Below are positions 24,800 to 36,203 of a DNA stretch of 64,000 nt, in pieces (position 1 is the first letter of the stretch; the number at the start of each line of letters is the position of its first letter). A model generated the notes under the pieces. The model was not told the origin of the DNA and did no database searches. It was given only the letters and a program-made list of their open reading frames with translations. The stretch lies in contig NC_043011.1 in NCBI RefSeq assembly GCF_006345805.1, positions 868,001-932,000 on the forward strand, read 5' to 3'. This stretch comes from Octopus sinensis. Lineage: Eukaryota. Both the position numbers and the translations under genes were made by a program.

Positions 24800-25051
24800 A
24801 TATATATATATATATGTATCTGTAAATATAATGTGTGACAATTATTCCGTAGCCACAATAAAACTCCGAGTTTTGGATGTTGTGGTGGAAACCCATGCCA
24901 CAATCTCTTAAGTTATCTGGCCATCGGATAAATTCCTCCATTTACATAATATTGAGGTCTCTTTCATTCTTTTGCTGTCTTACCATTTCTATCAATATAT
25001 ATATATGTATGTATATATGAATATGAATACATATATATACATATATATATA

Positions 25052-25109
<58 letters not shown>

Positions 25110-25145
25110 TATATATATTTATATATATGTATATATATATATATG
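24450..25145. repeat. (TA)n/(TATGAA)-type compound microsatellites
   Basis: Direct reading. Confidence 0.95.
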
Positions 25146-25176
25146 TATAAGGGTGAAAAGGAACACACGAGTTGAT

Positions 25177-25616
25177 ATATATGAAAAAACAAGTCAAAAA
25201 TAGAAAATGCTAAAATAATTTTATAGTGAACATTTCAGTACCGGTTTCGGTCATTTTGAGACCTTTTCAACTGTAACGATTAAATAATTAAATTTAGAAA
25301 AATTAGAAGAAAAGTTTTTTAAAAGAATATTTCTATAGTAGTGTTCAGATTTAAGTGGCATTCTGCCTTTCTCTGACTCCCTTGTTTGCACTTGTGTGCA
25401 CACAAGTGCAAACAAGGGAGTCAGAGAAAGGCAGAATGCCACTTAAATCTGAACACTACTATAGAAATATTCTTTAAAAAACTTTTCTTCTAATTTTTCT
25501 AAATTTAATTATTTAATCGTTACAGTTGAAAAGGTCTCAAAATGACCGAAACCGGTACTGAAATGTTCACTATAAAATTATTTTAGCATTTTCTATTTTT
25601 GACTTGTTTTTTCATA

Positions 25617-25620
<4 letters not shown>
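25177..25620. repeat. Spacer-less palindrome, about 222-bp arms, centred on GTGTG|CACAC (25398/25399)
   Basis: Direct reading. Confidence 0.9.
25523..25560 (+). ncRNA. Minimal hammerhead motif with U3-A8 core; antisense copy at 25236-25273
   Basis: CAG-TTGAAAA-GGTC(TCAAAAT)GACC-GAAA-CCGG-TA-CTG. Confidence 0.65.
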
Positions 25621-25674
<54 letters not shown>

Positions 25675-25682
25675 TATATATG

Positions 25683-25759
<77 letters not shown>

Positions 25760-25760
25760 G

Positions 25761-25914
25761 TACCGGAGTAAACACATAAATGTGAAACAAGGTGGAAAAA
25801 AGAGTACTCAAATACCAGTGGTAGAGTAATATGCTTTATTTAAAGCAGCAGAAAATTCAACAAAACCTGTTACTCTGAGTTTCCCATTCCCGTTCATCGG
25901 ACAGTTTTTCTAGC
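25761..25914 (-). mobile_element. Short hammerhead-bearing element (same family as 5732) between (TA)n tracts
   Basis: Minus strand CTGT-CCGATGA-ACGGGAATGG-GAAA-CTCAGAG-TA-ACAG; core carries U4C. Confidence 0.75.
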
Positions 25915-25991
25915 ATATATATATATATATACATATTATATATGTATATATATATGTGTATATATTTTCTATATATTATATTCATATATAT

Positions 25992-26055
<64 letters not shown>

Positions 26056-26234
26056 GAATATAAATATATAGAAAATTTCTATTTGTAAATCTCTCAGGAA
26101 GAGACATTCAGTAACAGTATTCCAGAGTAAAGATTATTTGCCAACATAACATGGCAGTTCTGGTTTAGGACGAATGTTACTGTTATACATTTCAAACAAG
26201 AATTTAGCAGCACCACCTCGAGCCGAACAGTTAT

Positions 26235-26279
26235 TCTGTGCTGATGAAGAGAAATAACCCAGAAATCACAATACACAGA
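26235..26279 (+). ncRNA. Hammerhead motif with canonical CTGATGA core
   Basis: TCTGTG-CTGATGA-AGAGAAATAACCCA-GAAA-TCACAA-TA-CACAGA; 6-bp stem I, decayed stems II and III. Confidence 0.55.
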
Positions 26280-26521
26280 TATTGTTTTGTGCTGAGTGGG
26301 GATGCTAAACTCCATTGTTCAAAAATATAAGGACACAGATAATGTGTTGTATAGCCAGCTGGAGACGACTTCTCCTAGGGCTAAATAACAGTAACATTCG
26401 TCCTAAACCAGGTCTTCCACATTATGTTGGTAAATAATCTTTACTATAAATAAACTACATGTGGATTGTTGGTGATTTTTTCCTACACCTTCCTTTTCTC
26501 TTGAACTTCCCTCTGTCACCT

Positions 26522-26556
26522 GTTTTTGAAGAAGAGCTTTGCTTGAAACATAAAAC
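26522..26556 (+). ncRNA. Hammerhead-like motif (TTGAAGA core); similar degenerate motif at about 18478-18510
   Basis: GTTT-TTGAAGA-A-GAGC(TTT)GCTT-GAAA-CA-TA-AAAC. Confidence 0.4.
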
Positions 26557-26655
26557 TACCTTTCTTTCCTTCCCTGAGCGTCTGTTAATACTTTGCATGT
26601 ACCACATCCTCACATTGTTGTTTTTCCTTGTGCTTTCTCTTCATTTTTTAAAAAT

Positions 26656-26693
<38 letters not shown>

Positions 26694-26764
26694 TAAAAAG
26701 ATAATATATATATATACTCACACACACAAATACACATATACATACACTCACGCACCCAAATATT

Positions 26765-26806
<42 letters not shown>

Positions 26807-28061
26807 TGTGTGTGTTTGTGTGTGTGTGAGTGTGTGTGTGTGTGTGTGTGTGTAAATAATGAACCACCTATTATAGTTTACATCTGAGTCACTGAATCAC
26901 ATTAAGCTTAGAGCTAGCAAGACTCAGAGAACCAAACCAGTTTGGATAGCAAAGATACACAAACCCAAAGACTCATGAAACTGTCAGAAATTTAGAGACA
27001 ATAAAGAAGAGGAGTTATAGTTCTCTACCGAGAGCTACTGACCAAATCTCTGGCTGGTGCAAAGTCCAGATGAAACAGATGGTGATATGATACTGGAACA
27101 GTGAAAAAGACAGAGCTATGAAAGCAAAATGACAGACCTGGAAGAATGGGGGTAGCAGAGTAACATAGCAGATTGCTAGAAGAGAAGGCAGGTAAATGAT
27201 TTACATAGTAAAGGGAGAGGTAGAAAAATTTTTGCCAATGTTCTATAGCATAAGGATCAGCAGTGCAAACCTGAATGGAAGACCTCTGACCCTTTGCAAT
27301 GAATTCTCTTCTTGAACTCCATCAGAACATCCTCAAAGTACTCTTTCTTGACTATCAAACCAGAAGGAGCCCAATGGATGGAGATGATGCCCTCACTGTT
27401 AAAGTGGTATGTAGCTCCACAACTCATCTAGGAAAGTAAAAATGACCCAACCAGTTCTAGTATGGAAATTCTTGAAACTATTATGATAATGCTGCAGCTG
27501 CTGATATATATAAATACAGATATTAAAATAGACAAACCAACAGACAAATACTTAGCTATATATGAAGTGATATGCAAGCCTGTATCATGTATATATTCAT
27601 AGATGCTTATAAGCACAAATATATATAGAATATACAAATATATACAGAAAACTTTATGAATAATAACTTCATACACATATGAACTGCACACACGTAAATG
27701 TATGCACATGTATGCACATACATTCATAAATATGTGTTTGTTAATGCATAAATATGAAAGAAGATACACTATTTGAAATTTTTTGGTGTTTTGCTGCCAC
27801 AAAAGAGTTAATCTGGAAAATGCCAATGATACCTATCTCTAAAATATTCCAGTCTATCTCTAATAATTTCCTTATAATTTTTTTTAAAGAAAAGTATGAC
27901 ATAAAAGTAAAAAAAGGTAAGAAAAATACATCTAGTAACCTTTCAAGAAAGTACAGAAAATTGTTGATAAGTAAATGCTGCATATAGCTACATTCAAAGC
28001 AACTCTATATGATCATACATACAAATGCAAATTGCTTCGCACAAATGCTTACACAAGATAA

Positions 28062-28286
28062 ACTCTTTACTCTTTACTCTTTTACTTGTTTCAGTCATTT
28101 GACTGCGGCCATGCTGGAGCACTGCCTTTAGTCAAGCAAATCGACCCCGGGACTTATTCTTTGTAAGCCCAGTACTTATTCTATCGATCTCTTTTTGCCG
28201 TACCGCTAAGTGACGGGGACGTAAACACACCAGCATCGGTTGTCAAGCAATGCTAGGGGGACAAACACAGACACATAAATACACAC

Positions 28287-28317
<31 letters not shown>

Positions 28318-28475
28318 CATATATACGATGGACTTCTTTCAGTTTCCGTCTAACAAATCCACTCACAAGGCATTGGTCGGCCCGAGGCTATAGTAGAAGA
28401 CACTTGCCCAAGATGCCACGCAGTGGGACTGAACCCGGAACCATGTGGTTGGTAAATAAGCTACTTACCACACAC
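28062..28475 (-). mobile_element. SINE family A copy
   Basis: Full head-to-tail match. Confidence 0.9.
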
Positions 28476-29164
28476 CCACTACATGCACATATACCTATAT
28501 GCATGAATTCACCCATCAATATGTACCTACATACGTAGATAGATGTATCTGTGGTCCAGTTAGGTCTACCTTTTCTTCTGGTATCCTGAATAACCATTTT
28601 ACTGCTTGCAATTCAATATTCACTTAGGTAAAAATAAAAAAAGAGGCTTACTAGACAAAACTTCTGTGGTCACAGGATAATTATCAGATGTTACATCACT
28701 ACTGACTGAGTGATTAAATCATTGGATCAGTGAGTTAGCTAAGCCCACATATCTGGTAATAATATCTATGAATTTCCTTGTCAACTTTTCAGTAATTGTT
28801 CTGAAACATCATAGGTAAAAAAACATTATGCTTATTCCCATAATATTCTACTGCTGATTTATAACTGATATCTTAAGAGAGAACCTCTGTAAGGTCACTT
28901 GACCTGCTTATGTTGATCAAATTTTGATCATATTACAGGCTATACTTCTGAAAACAAGAGGACACATTAAATAATATGATTATTGATATACAGTACCAGA
29001 GAAAAGGTACTGTATATTCACTGAATTCTGATACTTAACTATTTATCTATCTGTTTGTATCTGTTATTCTCTCATATCTAGCCAACACAAGGTTAAATAC
29101 TTCAGCTATCGTTTATTAATAAATATTCAATTCTAAGCTGTTGTCTATTAATATTACAACTTTC

Positions 29165-29561
29165 ATATCTTTTCGGTTTGAACGGCAGTTTTTCTAGTGG
29201 TGTCATATGAAATTGTCACCCATAATTATGACCCTATTGCATTTCAATCTGTTTTAGGGTTAGGGTTAGGGGGAAGGGTATCTTTTTTTCTTCAGAAATG
29301 TAAATAAACCCAATCTGTTTCTTAAATGAGGGACATATTCATACAGCACAGAATGTTGTTTACCTCAATGGACGTCATCGATTGGTTGAAATTGCAGAAA
29401 TTGAAGAAAAAACAACAAATATCTTACAAACTATAGAATTTTCTCAATAAAGCCAAGAGAAAAAGATGTTTTATAAACACATTCTACCAGTATACGAAGT
29501 TTAAAATTTTTTAGTTACCTAGAAATTATGCTAAAAACTGCCGTTCAAACCGAAAAGATCT
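29165..29561. mobile_element. Second copy of the 17337 MITE, opposite orientation
   Basis: Same TIRs; perfect 8-bp TSD CAACTTTC (29157-29164, 29562-29569); shorter (TTAGGG)n tract. Confidence 0.85.
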
Positions 29562-30121
29562 CAACTTTCTTTCTGCACTTGCATCACTGTTTATTTATTC
29601 ATTCAAGGAGAGTTAATTAACCTTTTTTTTAAATGATGATCATTCTAATGATGAAAGCATAAGGATTCAGTAATTTTTTTGCAGGACCTATATGACTTGT
29701 TGGAAAAAAAATGGAGGGACAATCTGTTGCTCATGGGTTGCTGCAGTAATAAGTAATATATCAAGAGTGTGTTATCCTTAATTCAGAGACCCAGTTTAAA
29801 TGTTTGCAACAGAGTGGATTCCAATCAAAAGTATCTAATGTATAGGTGATGGTGTTAAACTGAATAATGGGCTAAATCAATTACTCAAGGACTTGATGTC
29901 TTTACAAAAGATTATTCCACAAAGTAAAGAAAGGCTATGAGAAAGATCAAGTTGAGCAGGTATAGAAGTAATTATGTGGATAGATAAATTTGATATATCA
30001 AATATATCATATATATTAAATCTGTGTAAGCTGGACCTATTAATACAAATATTTATACATTTATACTTAAAAATTCATCATCGGAAAGTCTCCATCTTTT
30101 GCTTTCTTTCATTTTGCATGT

Positions 30122-30222
30122 GTACATATATTCATATTTTGTTTTTCAAACTAATATATTTGATATATTTGATGTATCTAATTTGTTTATCAGTATAATT
30201 CTGTCTGTCTCTGTCTCTCTCT

Positions 30223-30254
<32 letters not shown>

Positions 30255-30488
30255 CGGAGTAAACACATAAATGTGAAACAAGGTGGAAAAAAGAGTACAC
30301 AAATACCAGTGGTAGAGTAATATGCTTTATTTTAAGCAGCAGAAAATTCAACAAAATCTGTTACTCTGAGTTTCTCAGAGTAACAGATTTTGTTGAATTT
30401 TCTGCTGCTTAAAATAAAGCATATTACTCTACCACTGGTATTTGTGTACTCTTTTTTCCACCTTGTTTCACATTTATGTGTTTACTCC

Positions 30489-30533
<45 letters not shown>

Positions 30534-30635
30534 AGAGAGAGACAGAGACAGACAGAATTATACTGATAAACAAATTAGATACATCAAATATATCAAATAT
30601 ATTAGTTTGAAAAACAAAATATGAATATATGTACA
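30122..30635. repeat. About 250-bp-arm palindrome with a 3-nt loop (30371-30373), comprising the hammerhead-family element, (TA)n and flanking DNA
   Basis: CTCTGAG-TTT-CTCAGAG centre; arms appear identical except (TA)n length. Confidence 0.9.
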
Positions 30636-30685
30636 TGAATATATGAATATATATATGAATATATATATATATAAATATGAATATA

Positions 30686-30749
<64 letters not shown>

Positions 30750-31039
30750 TATATATATATAACACCAACTTTAGGAAACCTGCCACCCATCTGACCATTT
30801 ATCAATCTGGTGGACACACTAATTAGATTGACAGGGATGAACATATGCTCGTGAATGCAAAGTCCTTCCCGATTAAAAGTGTGCAACTCAACACAGGCAA
30901 GTGGTTAGTAACTTCAGACTTAAGGCTAGAAAGATCCAAAGACACAAACCAGCTGATTGCATTCCCTAACCTTGTGAAGAATACCCACTCACACACAATA
31001 GTGTCTGGTTCTACACTGGTCAACACATGTTTTCTGGCA

Positions 31040-32600
31040 TATGATTTATCAATGGTTTTTAGCTAATTTTGGGGTGCTGAGCCCAAACCTGGCATCAGAT
31101 TTTGTCTATCACATCAGATTTTTGAGATATAAAATCTTTTAGTTTTGTTAGAAACAGCTTTTTACTGCTCATACAAGAAGAATTAAACATATGTTGATGC
31201 AATTTTTAAGAGACAATTATGTCTTTTTTTTAATCTAATAATTCAAAACACAAAGCTGTTGGAGTAAATGCAGATTAGCGTGTAAGAATTAAGTTTAGTG
31301 ATAACAAGATATGAATACAAAACCTCTATTCATTGAGGTCATTCATTTTGATTATCTTATTACTGCAAGAACTTTCTCTTTTTTGACAATTTCTTGTGCA
31401 CAGCTTCTGGAATGTTTCTCATCAAATTCCAACAGTAAGCTGTCGTGTTTGAGTGTCATTGGCCTTGGTAGTGTTCTTCCATTACTTTTCATCTTGAAAG
31501 TGTTCACCTTGTTCTTTGCTAACATCACCCAGGTTCTCTGGAAACTCAACCAAGTGACTGTGTAAGGAGTGCAATTTAATACTCGTTCTACATCCAAGTG
31601 CTTGCAAACTCAAGAGCAGCTCCTATACAATCTCTTGATAGTTGTCAGCCTTCTTGTTTCCAAGGAAATTCTGCACCACATCAGAAAAGACATTCCAAGC
31701 TCTAGCCTCCTTGCTCTAATTGTTGTAACAAAATGCAGATCCCTGAGGAGCGTTCTTATTTGAGGTCCATCAAATATTCTTGTCTTCTTGTCACTGGACT
31801 TGGAAAGGTTGTACATATATGTCTGAAGCAGTCTCCACTGTAATTGAGAGCTCTGATGAATTGCTTCATCACACCAAATTTTATGTGCAGTGGGGTGGGG
31901 GGAGATGCTGTTTTTCCTATCAAACTGTAGGTTATTAATGATGTTTTTGTCACCTGGCATCAAACAGTTTCTTGGGAGCCATTCTTTTTTCACCCAGTGA
32001 TCGTTTGTAGCCCTAGTATCCCAGTAGCACAGGAAACAAAGGTACTTAGTTTAACCTCTTTGCTGGCCCAATAAAAGGTTTACCATTTTCAAATCAACAC
32101 AAATTACCCATCCATGAACCTGACATTGCAACCTCTCCAGAACAATCTTGATGTTAGTATATTCCTATTTCACTTTTATAGTGTCCTATTGGGATTGAAC
32201 CATACAAATCCCCATTGTGAAGTAAAACACGTTTCAAGCTGCTTTTAGAGCTGGCAATAAACAGTTTCCACTCATGTGAATCATGTACTGGTAGTTCCAT
32301 CTGCTGGCAGTCCCATATTGAGAAGAAGCACTTCAACATCATTACAATAAACAAGCTGGTCATCTGAATGGAAGTACTTCCACAGTTTTGCTCCTCTGTT
32401 ATGAATCCTTATTATCAATCAGTTAACTTATATTTACCCAAGAGATCACTCAAGTCACAAAACTTTTCAGAAAACAAAATGTGTCAAAATATTGCAAATA
32501 AGCATAAAAAGTGAACAAAATTGCAAATTCAAATTTGTTGTTTTTTAGTACTTATTTGCAATATTTTGACACATTTTGTATCCTGATAATAAGGAGACAC
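31040..32600 (-). mobile_element. Degenerate DNA transposon, Chapaev3/CMC-like
   Basis: LFIASSKSSLKRVLLHNGDLYGSIPIGH and FDGPQIRTLLRD motifs in broken frames; family label from motif recall. Confidence 0.5.
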
Positions 32601-33417
32601 AAGTGCCAGGTTTCAGCAGTCTTTTCTCTGGCAGCCTGGAAACCAACAATTCAGCAGGTTGCTTTGGCAAATACAAATCCCTGACCAGATCATTTGATTC
32701 AGGCTGACTAACAATGTAAAATTACCACAGTCTGTATCAGATGGTATAAACTGTACCGTTATTGGAGACTATGGTATCCGGGACACCACCTTTTATAAAA
32801 CTGTGCATCATTAGAGAACTTTTGAAGTCTGCTTACAATTTAACTTTGCTTTTCATAGAACTCTCTTCGATACTTCATGAGTGGAGCCTCACCCCCTAGG
32901 ATGTTTGGAAAACTCATATGTGTTTTGGCTGATGAATACAGGACACTTGTATTTGCTGCAATATTTGCAGCTTCTAATAAAGCTGTTCTTCGTATGAAAC
33001 AATTGTACTGAACAACTAATCCACTCTTGTTGCTTTTTTCTTGTAGTTAAAAGTTCCTGTAGAAATTCCACTGTTATGGTGGATTTTCTACATTTACACA
33101 TTTCTGGCCATTTAGTAAAGCTATCTACCGCTATTAGATAATATGCTCAGTTTAACGGTCCTGCGAAGTCTATGTATAGTCTGAACCGTGCAATATCGGG
33201 CCAAGGCTGAAATTTTTACAGGTGGCGATTTCGTTGTCAGAGCACAATCTCTGCAGGATTTTACCAACTTCTCAATATCTAGATCCATTTTTGGCCAGTA
33301 AACATAACTCTTCATAAGCGACTTCATCCTAGAAATTCCTGGATGTCCCGCGTGGTATTCCTTTAAAATTCGACCTTGTAGTGAGATAGGCATTACGACC
33401 TCTGTGCATACATAAGC

Positions 33418-33802
33418 GTGGAGGCGCAATGGCCCAGTGGTTAGGGCAGTGGACTCGCGGTCGTAGGATCGCGGTTTCGATTCCCAGACCGGGCGTTGTG
33501 AGTGTTTATTGAGCGAAAATACCTAAAGCTCCACGAGGCTCCGGCAGGGGATGGTGGTGATCCCTGCTGTACTCTTTCACCACAAATTTCTCTCACTTTT
33601 ACTTCCTGTTTCTGTTGTACCTGTATTTCAAAGGGCCGGCCTTGTCACTCTCTGTGTCACGCTGAATATCCCCGAGAACTACGTTAAGGGTACACGTGTC
33701 TGTGGAGAGCTCAGCCACTTACACGTTAATTTCACGAGCAGGCTGTTCCGTTGATCGGATCAACCGGAACCCTCGTCGTCGTAACCGACGTAGTGCTTCC
33801 AC
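33418..33802 (+). mobile_element. tRNA-derived SINE family D, with 11-bp TSD
   Basis: Head GGAGGCGCAATGGCCCAGTGGTTAGGG..GGTTTCGATTCCC; TSD CATACATAAGC (33407-33417, 33803-33813). Confidence 0.9.
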
Positions 33803-34950
33803 CATACATAAGCACATCGTTACATATCGAATACACATTCGAAACTGTTACGTCCAGCCACACGTATTTTTTTATTTGTTGCTTCTGATTTCACTATTTT
33901 TTTCATTTTTGTGATTAAATCGTCCGTCTCCGCCTTAATTTTTATTTCCTCCAATGTCACAGGCAATTCACGCACAACATTGCACAATGTATTTTTTTGT
34001 TTCGTTTTCGGCTTTTGACGCCGCTATTACTGTGTCTTCTAGTGGTTCACTATATTTTGTACTAGCCTTGACAAACCATCTGCATATCCCTATTTTTTCG
34101 ATCGCAAATACTCCATTTTGAAGTCGTCATTCAGTAGGATCGTCCCCCAACACTGCAATCTGTTGGCTGTATGTGTGCAGATGCCCTTTTTTTTATCCCT
34201 AGATAGACGATTATCGGCGGTGGTCTGTCTGCTGACGAAACCTTCTTCCATGTATATAAATTTATGGAATTTTTTTTTAACGCAAATATAATGGCCAACG
34301 CTTCTTTTTCTATTTGACTGTAACTTTTCTCAGCCGGCAATAATGAACGCGAAGCATGAGCTACCCCTTTCAGGCTACCATCTTCATATTTGTGTAAAAT
34401 CACAGCTCCAATTCCACTTTCACTAGCACCTGCTGTCACTACTATTTCTAAATTCGGGTCAAAATGTGATAACGACAATTCCGACGTTAAGACGTTTTTT
34501 ATTTCTTCAAAAGCTTTTTGGCTTTTGTCCGACCAGTTCCATTTAATGCCTTTTTTTTTAAACAAGTTATTCAGAGGTACTCTTGCATCGTGTATATTCG
34601 GGATGTATACCTGGCAGTAATTTGCGACTCCTCAAAATGCTTGTAATGTTTTAATGTTTGTTGGGGGAGGCATATTTTTGTTATTGCACTCGTCCTAGAC
34701 AGGTCTCATCTGCATCCATTTTCTTCAATAATCTGCCTTAGATATTTTATTCTTGGCATTAAAAAAATTCATACTTTTCCTCGCTGAGCTTAAACCCATA
34801 ATCTTTTATTCTTTCGAAGACCCTTTTAACATGCTGACCTCGAGATTCACTTTCTATGAGTGTGTCGTCAAGGTAAGCTACAGCGAAATCCGAACTTGCG
34901 AGCATAATGTCCATAACTTGTGGAAAAACGCCAAGTAATACCTTTATACC

Positions 34951-35310
34951 GATGAGATATGCAGTAATTGAAAAAGAACAAATGGACGAGTTTATGGTAA
35001 TGTGTGAAAGGGAGGATTGGGAAGTAAATGAAGTAAGAATGGTCGAAAAAATCATGAGGGATTTGGAAGAGACGTTTGAAAGAAGGATGGAGATGGAAGG
35101 ATTTTGTATAGGAACTGAACAAGGAGCATTTGTGTGGGATTAATAACTAAAGGACAGGTAAGTGATGCTCGCGGATGGGGCCGTTAGCATCACTTTCATA
35201 ATATCATTTTCAAAATTCATCTTTCATTTTTATGTAATCGTGATGTTCTATGTCCCCAATGTTTGTAGTGTCCCCTCTGTGTGGCCCCTAGTGGGTAATA
35301 AAGAAAGAAG
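34951..35310 (+). mobile_element. 5'-truncated L1/Tx1-like LINE 3' end inserted in the old Gypsy RT
   Basis: 12-bp TSD TACCTTTATACC (34939-34950, 35311-35322); short ORF remnant, then AATAAAGAAAGAAG tail; clade label inferred from tail similarity to 63127. Confidence 0.7.
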
Positions 35311-36203
35311 TACCTTTATACCAAAGGCGAGTCGATTAAATTTATGCAACCCTTTATGGGCATTTATTGTCAATAATTTTGAACATTCCTCATCGACTTT
35401 TACCTGCTAATATTCTTTAGATAGGTCCAACTTTGAAAAAGATTTTCCTCTAATCAATTTCGCGAAAATCTCCCCCGGACTTGGTAACGGGCAATTATAT
35501 GGCTTCAAACATTCGTTTAATCCCGTTGAAAAATCAGCGCACACTCGGATTTTTTTTCTTGACATAAACTGTTGGAGACGCCCATTTTGTGGAATCAATT
35601 TTTTCAATAACGTCAAGCTTTTCAAGTCTATCCAATTCTTCGTTGACTTGTTTCAACCCTGCGAAAGGTACTGTTCTTTTTCCACTTGAAACTTCGCCTC
35701 TGTTTTGGTGCAAAGACACAATTCATCATAAAAATTTCAAGAGAAATTTTTAAAATTATTTTTACCCCCCCCCCAACGCCTTATTTGTACTGGCAGAAAA
35801 ACTATTCACATTTTTGCAAAAAATATTTATGGGGAAGCCCCATAAGTTAAATAGCTTCATCCAGTCTCTTCGGAATAAATTTGCGGTCTTTTTCAGCACA
35901 AAAACTTTGGCTTTCAAAGTTTTTCAACGAAATGTAACATCATTTATTATTTCGCCCCCAAAATACAACTTTTTTCCCAAAACACCTCAATTTTTGAAGT
36001 TTCCTTTAATCTAGGTTCCCCTATTATTCTCTATGTACCTGTATTAATTATCGTGATATCACTGCTTGTATCCAATTGTAACTTGATATTTACATTTTTC
36101 ATTTTTATGGACACAAATTTTCTTTTCTGATTCTCTCTTAGAATTTCTCTTAAATAATAATAATAATAATAATAATAATAATTGTGTACAGTGCTCAGGT
36201 GCA

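Larger units (their letters stand above)
32740..36129 (-). pseudogene. pol: Old Mag-like Ty3/Gypsy pol (PR-RT-RH-IN), fragmented
   Basis: Protease RKFVSIKM..LQLDTSSDITIIN (about 36050-36125); RT VPFA..VNEELDRLEKL..WASPTV, CADFSTGLN, AYLDDTLI; RH ASESGIGAV..YSQIEKEALAI; IN HAGHPGISRMKSLM..C..C, GVPDTIVSNNG. Confidence 0.85.

Noticed and set aside
33418-33495. tRNA-like sequence (also 45640, 58022, 58275)
   Set aside because: SINE heads: they continue into SINE bodies, have TSDs or truncations, and lack a complete cloverleaf.
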